From IMG/VR virus record IMGVR_UViG_3300035670_000040, positions 32,001 through 96,000 of that record: a DNA stretch of 64,000 nt, one strand, 5' to 3'. Below the pieces are notes generated by a model. The model had not been told where the DNA came from and ran no database searches. It saw only the letters and a program-made list of their open reading frames with translations. Source of the stretch: a virus. The position numbers and the translations under genes were made by a program. Positions 49,097-59,817 of the stretch are shown in pieces (position 1 is the stretch's first letter; every line of letters begins with the position of its first letter).

Positions 49097-49672
49097 TTAT
49101 TGTGTTTCTATAAGCCAAAGATCCGAATCAATCAGACATTGTGAAGTATTAACTGTTTGTGTAAATCTTGCACTTATTTTAAAATATCCAGAAGATTGAG
49201 GAATAAAAGGAGTTATGAATAGACAATTATTATTAGTAATAGTACTAGGATGATTTGATATAATAAGGTTTTGGTTTTCAAAAATAGTTATATCATCTTT
49301 ACCCTTTGCAGCAGGCTTCCAAACCAGATCAAATACACAAATAACACTATTTTCTATTGGTGAACCACTTGTTCTATTACATGATATTTGTAAAATTCCA
49401 TAAACATTTTTTAAAGAGTCATTAAATGTTATTAACTCATTTGCATCTGTTTTAATATCTAAAGTATTATTTTTTATTGTAACATCCACCTTTTTACTTG
49501 CATTATATACGGTATTTTTTACAATCAAACCATTATGAATGTTCTTTTTTAAAACATCTAATGATACTCTTCCTTCAGGTGAAATTTTTTCTTTATTTCT
49601 ATTAGTTATAAAAAAATCATTCTTAGTTATACTGCTTCTTATCGGTAAATCTCCAAAAGTTTTATTAGCCAT
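49097..49672 (-). CDS. Putative virion/fibre accessory protein
   Basis: MANKTFGDLP start typical of fibre N-termini; TAAATA 5 nt before the ATG; beta-rich C-terminal half. Confidence 0.6.
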   Translation of the reverse strand: MANKTFGDLPIRSSITKNDFFITNRNKEKISPEGRVSLDVLKKNIHNGLIVKNTVYNASKKVDVTIKNNTLDIKTDANELITFNDSLKNVYGILQISCNRTSGSPIENSVICVFDLVWKPAAKGKDDITIFENQNLIISNHPSTITNNNCLFITPFIPQSSGYFKISARFTQTVNTSQCLIDSDLWLIETQ

Positions 49673-49706
49673 AACATTATTTATTTTTAAAATACAAAAA
49701 ACAAGT

Positions 49707-51167
49707 TTATCCTAAAAGATAGGTATCTCCTTTTTTTGTTGTTAAAGTATCACCGGAATCTGTTAAGATAGTTGTAGGAAACTGTTTTATCTCAAAAACA
49801 GTTGGAACGGTTTTAGTATATTTAGGAGCCTCGTCTACTGTTTTTATTGTTGTGTCTCCTTTTTTATAAGGTTTTCCTATAGAGGCATTCACAAATTCCC
49901 AAAAATTTTCTTTTTTTATTTTTGGTATAGAAGAATTTGGATTTTCAACAAACATTGTTTTTGTTTTTTTAATGTATTTTACCGTTACAATTTTTTCGAT
50001 ATATGTATCTTTTTTTGTAAATTCTATATTAAATGTAGTATTTGAACTTGGTGCAATTAAATTCAATTCTCCTGATTTTATAATTTTAGTATCTTTTAAA
50101 GGTTTTATTAATTCTGGTTGTTCCCAATAATCGGTAACAATTTTTGCAGAAATACTATCATATCCAACCATATTATATAAAAAGAAAACAACATTTACAA
50201 TAGTATCATCTTGATAATTTTTTGGATTATAATTTTTATTTAAAAATGTTAGAGCAAGATTATTTAATTTTGGATTGCTTAAATAACTTTCTAAAAATGA
50301 ATCATTTATTTTTGTTATTTTTGACTTAAACTCGTTACTTTTGAATGTAATTATCTCTGATAATTTTTTAACAGTTGGTTTATATCTAGTAACATTTAAT
50401 ATTTGATTTGTATCAGACAATTCTTTTTTTGTATCCACAGAATAAACTATTAAATTGTTATTATTTATATTGTTTTTATCAGAAACAAATGTTTTTCCAG
50501 AAACAGAATAACTTTTATTATTAAAATCAGGAGTCAAATTTTTTGTTGATATACTAACATTTTTTGGAGCTATTATGCTATAATAAGGTATTCTATAAAT
50601 ATCAACTAAATTTCCATTTAGATAAAAGTTTCCGGCTATATCAATTGATAATGAAAAAAGAGAAGAATAATCAAATAAATCCCAAGAAATAAAATCACCA
50701 GAATTATCTCTTTTCACATATATAATTTCTTTATTGGAAAGAGCATTTATTGCATCCGTTTTATTATCGTAAAGTTTATTAATAATTAATGCATCTGCTA
50801 TTATATTTTTTTGTGTCTTTTCATCTGTAGAAGAATTTAAATTACCCAATTCACCAGCAGATACCAAAGTACTAACAAATCCATTAGTTGAATTAAATGG
50901 ATAATTCACAGTAAACTCAAATTTATTCCAATATGAACTTAGTAGAATAACTGTAGTTTCCATTTTTTCAAGAAAATCATAATTTATATCTTCTATTAAA
51001 TCATCTAATTGAATCATTAAATTTTCAAAATCATCTAAAAATTTTTCATTTTCAATTTTTTTACTTTGTAATTCACAATTTTCTAAATTAATATTTAAAA
51101 AATTATAGTTTATTTTTGATAAACCATCACCAACATTATCTTCTAAACTTAAAGGAATTATATTCAT
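49707..51167 (-). CDS. Virion structural protein, paralog 1 of 3
   Basis: DNVGDGLSKINYNF leader (gp9/gp10-type attachment motif), coiled coil, shared core with the next two genes. Confidence 0.65.
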   Translation of the reverse strand: MNIIPLSLEDNVGDGLSKINYNFLNINLENCELQSKKIENEKFLDDFENLMIQLDDLIEDINYDFLEKMETTVILLSSYWNKFEFTVNYPFNSTNGFVSTLVSAGELGNLNSSTDEKTQKNIIADALIINKLYDNKTDAINALSNKEIIYVKRDNSGDFISWDLFDYSSLFSLSIDIAGNFYLNGNLVDIYRIPYYSIIAPKNVSISTKNLTPDFNNKSYSVSGKTFVSDKNNINNNNLIVYSVDTKKELSDTNQILNVTRYKPTVKKLSEIITFKSNEFKSKITKINDSFLESYLSNPKLNNLALTFLNKNYNPKNYQDDTIVNVVFFLYNMVGYDSISAKIVTDYWEQPELIKPLKDTKIIKSGELNLIAPSSNTTFNIEFTKKDTYIEKIVTVKYIKKTKTMFVENPNSSIPKIKKENFWEFVNASIGKPYKKGDTTIKTVDEAPKYTKTVPTVFEIKQFPTTILTDSGDTLTTKKGDTYLLG

Positions 51168-51169
51168 TT

Positions 51170-51934
51170 TTATGTTTTATCTACTTTCCAAATACAATCT
51201 TCTACTATAAATTTTACAAATCCAAATTTGGTTTCAAAATATTCTTCAAATGATAATGATGTATTTGAATTTAAATATCTATTTGCTGTTTTACTTACAA
51301 TATTATTATCTGAATAATTACATGTTGCTGTTTCGGTAACTGAACAAGTAGCCTCTCCCGAACAATTTACACAACCACAACCATCAATACAAACACTTCC
51401 AGATCTCTTAGATACGCAGTTAACAGTAACATCTTTATCTGCTGTTTGGCATGGAATAGATGAAGTATTTAATTCTCCTTTTATATTCATAGTATCTTCT
51501 GCACATTTTATATAATATATTATAGCTTTTTGACCCTCAATATAATTAGGATTAATTATTTTTTTTGGTTTTATTACATATGTGTTAGTAATCCAGTCGT
51601 GAATTATATTTTCTATATAAGTATTAGAAACTTGACGCAAATCATCTCTAAATTTTTCAGGATATATTGTTATTATAGGTTTTATATATTTGTCTTTATT
51701 ATTTAAAATATCTTCCCATGTTTCCATATAAACAGGGTTTCTTTTTCTCATAAATTCATTAGCAAATTTTAATTTATCATAAATCAAAGAAATAGAATCT
51801 TTAAAATCATTAAATTCATTTAAAAAATCTTTTTGATTTTCTATTTGTGTTTTTAAAGAATTAAAAACATTATTTATTGTTTTAAGAGAGTTGCCAATAT
51901 CTTGTGTTTTTTTTGGGAGATTATATTTTTGCAT
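51170..51934 (-). CDS. Virion structural protein, paralog 2 of 3, Cys-rich insert
   Basis: DIGNSLKTINNVF leader, PIITIYPE, 8-Cys insert, terminal W. Confidence 0.65.
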   Translation of the reverse strand: MQKYNLPKKTQDIGNSLKTINNVFNSLKTQIENQKDFLNEFNDFKDSISLIYDKLKFANEFMRKRNPVYMETWEDILNNKDKYIKPIITIYPEKFRDDLRQVSNTYIENIIHDWITNTYVIKPKKIINPNYIEGQKAIIYYIKCAEDTMNIKGELNTSSIPCQTADKDVTVNCVSKRSGSVCIDGCGCVNCSGEATCSVTETATCNYSDNNIVSKTANRYLNSNTSLSFEEYFETKFGFVKFIVEDCIWKVDKT

Positions 51935-51937
51935 ATA

Positions 51938-52795
51938 TTAAACTCGTTTCCAACTATTGTTACTATTTATTGATAAATTAATCTTAGAATAACCAATAAA
52001 AAACTTGTCATTATTAAAAATTATTTCTCTGGAAATCTTTAAATCCTGTCCTTTCCATAACTTTGGGTCTGTTCCAGATTTCCACCCTGAACAAGATCCA
52101 GTAGCACAATTTGAACTATGATAGTACGCACCAGGACATCTTGAAAACATGTTTCCACAAACATGTTCGTCTTTTCCGCCCATTCTATTGCATGGCGCAA
52201 AACCACCAAAACCACACGGTTTACAGCAAACCTTGGTTGATTTCCCGCCTACTATGCATTTTTCATTATATGTTGCATTCATTTTATATTTTATAGGTAT
52301 TTCTATATAAAAATAAATGCGTACTGATATATTTTTATATATACCATATTCATTTTCTGGAAATTTGCTATTAACCCAAGTTTCTATGTTATTAATAGTT
52401 TTTGCGGTTTCAACAGAATTAACCTCTGTTATTTCACCTGTTTTAATATTAAAAGACCCCCATTTTTCTATTGATAATATTTCTGGATAAAAAATCTCCA
52501 TGGGAGTAGATATAACTGACCATATATTTTTATATTGAGAATGTACTTGTTGAACATTTTCTAATGAAGAACTGAATTGAGAAACAAATGTCAAAAATTT
52601 TCTATATTTGTCTTTATTTTTCTCGTATTTGTCTTTTAAAATTTGAAACCTGTCAAATTGATCATTTGTCATTGCTAAATCATTAGAAAAAACATTAAAA
52701 TTTTGAATGATAATATCAAAAGATTTATCTAAACAATAATCCTCAGATATTAATATCGCTTTCTGACAAGATGTATTTAAAAGATCAAAGTTCAT
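51938..52795 (-). CDS. Virion structural protein, paralog 3 of 3, Cys-rich insert
   Basis: CLDKSFDIIIQNF leader, PMEIFYPE, 9-Cys insert, terminal W. Confidence 0.65.
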   Translation of the reverse strand: MNFDLLNTSCQKAILISEDYCLDKSFDIIIQNFNVFSNDLAMTNDQFDRFQILKDKYEKNKDKYRKFLTFVSQFSSSLENVQQVHSQYKNIWSVISTPMEIFYPEILSIEKWGSFNIKTGEITEVNSVETAKTINNIETWVNSKFPENEYGIYKNISVRIYFYIEIPIKYKMNATYNEKCIVGGKSTKVCCKPCGFGGFAPCNRMGGKDEHVCGNMFSRCPGAYYHSSNCATGSCSGWKSGTDPKLWKGQDLKISREIIFNNDKFFIGYSKINLSINSNNSWKRV

Positions 52796-55700
52796 AACCA
52801 GTTTATTTTATTTAAGAATGTATTATAAGGTGATATTGTGTTTATATTATTTTTTATTGATTCTTCTATTAATTTTTTAATTCTATTGGATACTTTTAAA
52901 TTGTGTATATTAATGTTGTAATAATTAGTTTTACTACCTGGTAATTGATACTTAAAGAAGTGACTTATTTTTTCTACATAATTCCTTTCACCAACACTGA
53001 TATTCCAATTTAAATTATTTCTGTTTATAGATTTATTATTAGAAAAATATAATTGTTCTATTTCTGATGAATTAAAACTTTTATTGTAAATTCTTAAATC
53101 AGAAACTTTTCCTATAAATTTATATCCATCTTCTATACCAACTAAATCATTTAAAGATGTATTTTTTACTGTTGTTGCTCCTAATAATAGAGGAGATAAA
53201 TATTCATAATAAATTAAACTGTTTTTTGAAATGTTTTTCTCATTTACTTTTATAGAATCTATATAAAAAACAACTTTTCCAGCTACTCCATCAAAAACCA
53301 AAGAAAAATTATGCCATTTAGGTGGCAATTGTGAAACATCATAATCTAAAGTTAAATTTTGAAAATTTTCTTTTAAATGATCCGATGTTTTAAGATTCCA
53401 ACTTAATTTTTTTTCAGATGGATTTAAATATTTTCTTATATAATCAAATCCCGTAAAATCACCCTTTGCTGAAAATTTCCAATAAGTTTCAAATCTTATA
53501 CTTTCATCTTGTATATATGTTCGTAAATCGGTTCTTTTTATTAATTGTCCAGATGTTTGAAAGAAATATAATTTAAAATTAATTGTATCAACCACACAAA
53601 TAACATCATATAGTTGTTTTTGTAACTCTTTGCAGTTATTGAAAAATTCAGAAGCAGATGTTCTTATTATACCTATATGTGAATATGGATATGATTCATC
53701 CGTCATTTCATTTGTATTAACAAAATCATCCAGCAATTTTTTATTAACATCAAATGAATCGGTTGTTGTATTATACTTTATAAGTGTATTGTCTTTAGTT
53801 ATAAACCAAAGATTATTTTCACTATCACATGTTATACTCTGACATTTACCAACATGTGCTTTTATTTGTTTATCTTTGTAATAATTACTATTTCCTCCAA
53901 CATAGTTTGTGCATAGGTATAAATTCTCTCCAACTATTTCCCATAAATTATCATTATTATCTATTATTGAGATATTAGAATCACATTTTACAAGATTTCC
54001 ATTTGATCTAAAATCTATTCTTGGTTTGTTTATTCCTTCTGTTAAAGATACAAATTTTCCTAAAGAATTTAATTTTAACATTAAATTCTCTTCAGAATCA
54101 AGTATAACTAAATTCATGTCTTTATCTAATAAAATTTGATTTATACTTGTTATGGATTTTTTAATATTACGGTTATCTGTGTTTAATATTTTTCCATTAC
54201 TATCAATTCTATATGCAACAAAATTTGAAATATCTATTAACCAATAACTAAAATCAGGAAGTCTTAAAACCCATTCAAAAAAAGAATTTTTTGGATTAAT
54301 AAATCCTTCGCCTGATAGTTGATATGAATCAGTAAGACCAGATCTATAATTAATAGCATAAGATCTTTTACCATTGTTTTCCACTATTGTTAAAAGAGGT
54401 GATATCTGACCATTATTGTTTATTAATCCCCAACCACCATTATAATAATTTCCAAAAATCTGCCATCCATATATGTTTGACCAGTCATCAACATTTAACC
54501 AAAGAGATACAGTCATTCTTTGTGTTTCTAATAAATCTGATGTTGATGGAAATATTATATGATTAGAACCATATAGACTATATGAAGTTTTATCAGGTTG
54601 TGTTGTGTTTCTATTTATTACAATACCATTGTTGTTATATTTAGATGAGTCTGTAGCTTCGTTGGAAGTCCATGTATTAATGTGTAATGTTTTAGATCCA
54701 TATTTTGTTTCTGATGTATAATCTAAATAATTAATAAACTCTTGTGAGCTTTTTATACCTTGTCTAAAGTATTTGTATCTTGCACCAGGTTCCAGAATAA
54801 GACTAGATTCAACATCATAAATATATGGTTTAGATGGATCTAATCTTTCGTTATATTTAAGATAACCGCTAGATAAAGCCTCGTTTGTTGTTAGATATGC
54901 AGAATTATAATATCTATCCATCCATTTCTTTGAACCGTTTTGTGACCCTTTTAACCAAGAACAAAGCCATGTACCAGTTTCTCTAAAAAAAGAAATGGGT
55001 TGTGATATTTCTGGAAGTGTGTTTTTGTAATTTACAGATAGACCATAAATTCTATCAGAAGTCAAAGGATGTTCACCAGCTATTGAACCAGATTCTATTA
55101 AATTAGATGAACTTAAAGGAACTCTTTGTGATGCAGGAGAATATTGAAACTCGGTTTCCCTGTCTGGTCTAAGAACTAATTTAGTACTATTTGACGTGTA
55201 TCCTAAATAAATATCATCGTATCCATTTTCTTGATTTGAACCACTGTATATCTGCCAATATATTCTCCTTATGTAAGGATTGTCTTCAGCAAAATATGGA
55301 CCTTTCACATAATCATATTCGGGATTTTGATAATTTTTAAGACCATTATAATCAGCAATATAAACAGCTTCATCATCAATTATTATAGGATTTTCTGTTG
55401 GAAACATCAAAAGAAAATTCTGTAAAAATGGTTTATTAAAAATACTAGAATCCTTATAGAGAGAATCTATGGGGTCTATTGGTTTATTATTATATTCTAC
55501 AATTTTACTATCAACAATATAGTCTTCATTAGAATTAATTTTATTATAACAATCTAATTTGAAAATTATCTCATTAGGTATTCTAAAAAATTGATCTTTC
55601 AAAGAAACAGAAGACAATACTAAATTATTATTAGAGTTTAATGACAAACATTTTGATGCATTTGATCCAGCTAAAAACAATACAATTTCTCCACTATTAC

Positions 55701-56238
55701 TTAAAAAATATTCAAACCTTTGTTTGTTTATTGCTGGAGTTGCTTTTGTTGTAAAAAACGTAGAATTGTCTAATTCAGAATTGCATTGTAAAATTTGACC
55801 TGATTGATCTTCTATATATAATAGGTCTTTATTTTCTTTGTCTATAACAAAATTTAAAAGATCAACATCAGACAATTTTTTTCTTTCGGTTTTATTTATA
55901 ATTTTTATATCTTTTTTACCTATTTTTACATTTAATGGAGTTAAAACAAATCCATCTTTATTAGAAATTGTAGTTTTTATTTCAGTTAACTCTGTTGAAT
56001 CTTCTGGTTTACTTTTATTTTTAAAAATTTCAGAAGAAGATAATAAATCAGTTAAAAATAAACTAGTTTTATTATTGTTTTTATAATCCATTCCTTCTAA
56101 TAAGAAGGCATGACCGTTAAAAACCATTCCATTATTAAAATAATATTTCTGATATATTGTTTCATAATGATTTCCTTGTAGTTCAAATTTTAAAGGATAC
56201 CAATAAAATGCAGATGCGTTGTTATATATAGTAATCAT
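52792..56238 (-). CDS. Large virion protein with LamG/concanavalin-like domain and beta-propeller
   Basis: MTVSLWL and WHNFSLVFD...FYID...FIGKVSDLRIYN LamG motifs; repeated D-x3-N(L/W) propeller turns between them. Confidence 0.75.
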   Translation of the reverse strand: MITIYNNASAFYWYPLKFELQGNHYETIYQKYYFNNGMVFNGHAFLLEGMDYKNNNKTSLFLTDLLSSSEIFKNKSKPEDSTELTEIKTTISNKDGFVLTPLNVKIGKKDIKIINKTERKKLSDVDLLNFVIDKENKDLLYIEDQSGQILQCNSELDNSTFFTTKATPAINKQRFEYFLSNSGEIVLFLAGSNASKCLSLNSNNNLVLSSVSLKDQFFRIPNEIIFKLDCYNKINSNEDYIVDSKIVEYNNKPIDPIDSLYKDSSIFNKPFLQNFLLMFPTENPIIIDDEAVYIADYNGLKNYQNPEYDYVKGPYFAEDNPYIRRIYWQIYSGSNQENGYDDIYLGYTSNSTKLVLRPDRETEFQYSPASQRVPLSSSNLIESGSIAGEHPLTSDRIYGLSVNYKNTLPEISQPISFFRETGTWLCSWLKGSQNGSKKWMDRYYNSAYLTTNEALSSGYLKYNERLDPSKPYIYDVESSLILEPGARYKYFRQGIKSSQEFINYLDYTSETKYGSKTLHINTWTSNEATDSSKYNNNGIVINRNTTQPDKTSYSLYGSNHIIFPSTSDLLETQRMTVSLWLNVDDWSNIYGWQIFGNYYNGGWGLINNNGQISPLLTIVENNGKRSYAINYRSGLTDSYQLSGEGFINPKNSFFEWVLRLPDFSYWLIDISNFVAYRIDSNGKILNTDNRNIKKSITSINQILLDKDMNLVILDSEENLMLKLNSLGKFVSLTEGINKPRIDFRSNGNLVKCDSNISIIDNNDNLWEIVGENLYLCTNYVGGNSNYYKDKQIKAHVGKCQSITCDSENNLWFITKDNTLIKYNTTTDSFDVNKKLLDDFVNTNEMTDESYPYSHIGIIRTSASEFFNNCKELQKQLYDVICVVDTINFKLYFFQTSGQLIKRTDLRTYIQDESIRFETYWKFSAKGDFTGFDYIRKYLNPSEKKLSWNLKTSDHLKENFQNLTLDYDVSQLPPKWHNFSLVFDGVAGKVVFYIDSIKVNEKNISKNSLIYYEYLSPLLLGATTVKNTSLNDLVGIEDGYKFIGKVSDLRIYNKSFNSSEIEQLYFSNNKSINRNNLNWNISVGERNYVEKISHFFKYQLPGSKTNYYNINIHNLKVSNRIKKLIEESIKNNINTISPYNTFLNKINWL

Positions 56239-57020
56239 TATAAATCTAAATCTATTGTTAATTTTTTCTGAATAATGGATTCATAGTCAACATCTGTTGT
56301 ATCTTGGAATGGAAAAAATGCATTTATTGAATTAACATTCAAATTTTGGTCTTTAAGTACATTTATACTAACAAGACCAAATTCATTATTTGGTCCTCTG
56401 CATATATGTGATATATTAAATGTTTTAGTAAATCTATTATATGACAACTTTAAAGGTTCAACAATAGGTAATATTTTGTAAAAATTCTTAATATTAAAAT
56501 TAAAAAACACTTTAAAATAATATTTTACATCTAAAACAGAAGAGTTCATATCAAACTCTTCTATTATATATCCAAGTTTTAATCCATTTAAATTTTCATA
56601 TTCTTCTATCTTATTGGTTACTATATATATTTTTTTATTATTTTCATCAAAATAATAATCAGGAAAGGTTAATCTTTTTGAAAGTAAAGACGTAGTAAAA
56701 TTATTGTCTTGATTTCTTGGTAAAATTTTATTATTTTCTACTACTATTTGATCAAATATATTTCCTCTAGGTGTTTCAACAAATAAAACATCTTGAATCA
56801 TATCAAATCTTAAAAAGAAATTTCCTTCCATTAAATCCTGATAAATAGTTCTTCCAGAAGAATCTTGTTCTGATAGTTCTGATGAAACATTTTTATATTT
56901 TAAAAACACTTCAGACAAAGCTTCTTGTGCAGGAACTATTGAATTATTAGGTGTTCTGACCCATAATTCTCCTTCCTGTCTATTTTTTTCGTAAAAAGTT
57001 AATGAAAAATATTTTCCCAT
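56238..57020 (-). CDS. Hypothetical virion protein
   Basis: 260 aa, beta-rich, in the structural run. Confidence 0.65.
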   Translation of the reverse strand: MGKYFSLTFYEKNRQEGELWVRTPNNSIVPAQEALSEVFLKYKNVSSELSEQDSSGRTIYQDLMEGNFFLRFDMIQDVLFVETPRGNIFDQIVVENNKILPRNQDNNFTTSLLSKRLTFPDYYFDENNKKIYIVTNKIEEYENLNGLKLGYIIEEFDMNSSVLDVKYYFKVFFNFNIKNFYKILPIVEPLKLSYNRFTKTFNISHICRGPNNEFGLVSINVLKDQNLNVNSINAFFPFQDTTDVDYESIIQKKLTIDLDL

Positions 57021-57021
57021 T

Positions 57022-57651
57022 TTAGATATTTAGTTCATAAGTGTTATAATCCTCTAAAGGAATAGGTGATTCTTCTCCTACTTTTGTTCTCCAATCTGTT
57101 ATTACTGGAAAAATCCAAGAAGGATCTTTTCCTTCAAAAATATATAATATCTTATTATCAGGCCCAAATATCTTAGAATTAATAAGATGAAAATGTTTAA
57201 AAAAACCAGTTTTAGAACCATCAAGTTTTGGTGCTGTTAATAAAATTCTAAATTTATAAGTTAATGGATTTTTTACACCAAACATATAAATTTTAACATT
57301 ACCATTTATAACACTTTTAAACGTATCTGTTAAATTATATATGTGATTTTTAGAAAAATTTCTAGGATCTCCTTTTTCTTTTTCTAATGGATATGATAAA
57401 GAAGAAGAAGAATTGAAGGAAGAAGGTTGTATTTTTTGTGTTTCAATATTTCCATCACCCCAATCATAAACTATTTTATAAATTTTTGATTCAAATTTAA
57501 ATTGACCTTGACCAGTTTCTGACTCTTGATTAGAGAGAGGTCTTGCATTAAATGGATTTACAGTGAAATTAAGAGGAGCAAATTGTGTTATTACGGCTGT
57601 TTTATCAGAACTTAATAAGTCGAATGTTGTTTCGTAAAATTTTAAATTCAT
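57022..57651 (-). CDS. PKD-like domain protein
   Basis: YDWGDG...HIY PKD signature. Confidence 0.6.
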   Translation of the reverse strand: MNLKFYETTFDLLSSDKTAVITQFAPLNFTVNPFNARPLSNQESETGQGQFKFESKIYKIVYDWGDGNIETQKIQPSSFNSSSSLSYPLEKEKGDPRNFSKNHIYNLTDTFKSVINGNVKIYMFGVKNPLTYKFRILLTAPKLDGSKTGFFKHFHLINSKIFGPDNKILYIFEGKDPSWIFPVITDWRTKVGEESPIPLEDYNTYELNI

Positions 57652-57655
57652 AATA

Positions 57656-59788
57656 TTATCCTAAAGGTGTTTTAATGTTTGAACAACAAATACTTGTTGC
57701 CTCTTCCCATGTTTTAGTTTGAACATAGTTTGTTGGAAATTTACTTTCAAGTTCTTTAAAAGAAATTGGATTTATATTACAAAGTCTTATAACTGGTTTT
57801 TTTATATTATATGTTGACATGGCTTTCCAAGACCAGCAAAAAGGAGATTTACATTTTTCTAAATTTCTTCCAACATCACTTTCTGTAGATATAACTTCTA
57901 CATCTAAAAATTTTTTAAGTGCTAATAAAGCATCATAAATTTTTTGAAGTTCTTTATTTATAACAGATGGTGTATGAAGTTCATTTACACCTACAGCTAT
58001 TTGATTATTTTCTATTTCTGTACCTAAATTTGGTCTTGTACTAGCTTTTATTGGATATGTTCTAAAATAAGAAATTTCCCCTGCTGGAGTAAATTCTTTT
58101 GTTAGTTCTAATTTTGATTCTAGTGAGTTTCTAAAATTTATGATATTTTGACATAATCTAGATAAAGATCTATTTAAAACAATGTCTTGAACCATTTCGT
58201 CGTTTTTAATTAAAATTTGATTCAAGCTCCAATAATTTATATCTAGTCCTTCGCCTGTTTTTAAAATATCAGTGATTTCTTGACATTTTATAATTGCATT
58301 ATTATGAGCTAATAGAATATTTCTATTTTTCCCTTTTTTTCCTGTAACATATTTAGCATTAGGAATTTCTAAAAAATCCATGTATAAACCAAGTGCTGTA
58401 TATTTAAAAACTGCACTAAATTTTTCTGTGGTAGAATTTTCCGTTATTATGTAAAAAAATTCACCAGCTTCATCAAAAAATATTTTTTTTGGTATTAAAT
58501 TTTGTATATTTTGTATACTAAAAATTGATGGAGAACTTTTGGATTTGTGACGATATACATATACATTTTTTTCTGTTAAAACGTATAAAAATCTTGTAAT
58601 AGGATGAACTGCTATTGAAATTGGAATATCTGTTTTAAAAATAGCAGGATTACAGGTGTAAATCCATTCTAAATTTTCACTGTATACCTTCACACATTGA
58701 TTATTATAATCCAAAACATAAACCATTTTATTATTATAAATTAATTGTGTGGGGTTATTAAATGTGAAAGGATCGGTTTCATCTCCATATGTTCCTATAT
58801 TTAAAGTAAATGATAATATAGGATTATAAGATTCGTATAAACTATTAGTAGAATCAAAATCCATATCTATTCTATATACTTTATTTTGAACTTGATCCAA
58901 TAAATAAATCATTTTACCATTATCACTCACATCAAATGAAATTATTTCTGTTAAAGTGTTGGTAATCTCATCTTGATTATCAAAGTTTATTCTTTTTAAT
59001 TTATTAGAATTTTTAAAAATTCTAAATCCTTTATCATCTAAAACAAATATTAAAGAATTTGTCTCTGCTATATCTTTTATATTTATAAATCCATTATATT
59101 GTTTACCCAAAGCATTTATAATACTTCTACCAGTATATTTATCTGGATCTGAATATGCTTCTATACTATATTTATAATCCAAAGTTTGCCATGATATACC
59201 CGATGACAAAGTAGAAGCATTTAATCCTAACCATCCATAATATAATGAGGGAGTTTTTGTATTTAAAATTCTTGTATTATATTTTAAATACTCTAAACAT
59301 TCGTATAGTTTTTTTAAAAAATTATTATATATGGAGCTTACTCCAAATTCATTAGGATTTATTTTTATCTCATCAAAGGTATAAGGAAGTTGTAATATAT
59401 TTTCACCCAAAAGTCTTATATTTTCTTGATTAAATTTAGGCCATTCTTTATATACACGAATAGGGGTTTCTAAATAATAAATTTTTTTAGTATCATTAAC
59501 ATATGTTACTTCGTAACTTATATAATAAGTGCCTTGTTCAAGATATTTATATGTAACATTGTCTAAAATAGGAGTATTTGGATCAAGATCTAATATTACT
59601 TTGCTTGAAACAACTTGTTCTATATTTTCACCAGTAAATAATTCAATTGTTTTTATATTATTTAATGGATCAATATTTGTAGGTACTTCAAATTTAAAAA
59701 ATATGGATTGTCCAACTATTGTATAATATGATGATATATACAATTTTGGTTGAGAAGAATTTGAACCTGTGTTAAGAGTGTACGCCAT
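57656..59788 (-). CDS. Virion protein with Ig/PKD-like N-terminus and NHL beta-propeller
   Basis: YKYLEQGTY; FNNPTQL...VYVLDYNNQCVKVY; PISIAVHP...LYVL. Confidence 0.72.
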   Translation of the reverse strand: MAYTLNTGSNSSQPKLYISSYYTIVGQSIFFKFEVPTNIDPLNNIKTIELFTGENIEQVVSSKVILDLDPNTPILDNVTYKYLEQGTYYISYEVTYVNDTKKIYYLETPIRVYKEWPKFNQENIRLLGENILQLPYTFDEIKINPNEFGVSSIYNNFLKKLYECLEYLKYNTRILNTKTPSLYYGWLGLNASTLSSGISWQTLDYKYSIEAYSDPDKYTGRSIINALGKQYNGFINIKDIAETNSLIFVLDDKGFRIFKNSNKLKRINFDNQDEITNTLTEIISFDVSDNGKMIYLLDQVQNKVYRIDMDFDSTNSLYESYNPILSFTLNIGTYGDETDPFTFNNPTQLIYNNKMVYVLDYNNQCVKVYSENLEWIYTCNPAIFKTDIPISIAVHPITRFLYVLTEKNVYVYRHKSKSSPSIFSIQNIQNLIPKKIFFDEAGEFFYIITENSTTEKFSAVFKYTALGLYMDFLEIPNAKYVTGKKGKNRNILLAHNNAIIKCQEITDILKTGEGLDINYWSLNQILIKNDEMVQDIVLNRSLSRLCQNIINFRNSLESKLELTKEFTPAGEISYFRTYPIKASTRPNLGTEIENNQIAVGVNELHTPSVINKELQKIYDALLALKKFLDVEVISTESDVGRNLEKCKSPFCWSWKAMSTYNIKKPVIRLCNINPISFKELESKFPTNYVQTKTWEEATSICCSNIKTPLG

Positions 59789-59797
59789 TTAATATAC

Positions 59798-59805
59798 TAT
59801 TTATA
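59798..59805 (-). promoter_or_regulatory. T4-type late promoter box
   Basis: Exact TATAAATA on the minus strand, 9 nt upstream of ATG 59788. Confidence 0.6.
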
Positions 59806-59817
59806 ATTACTGTAAAA

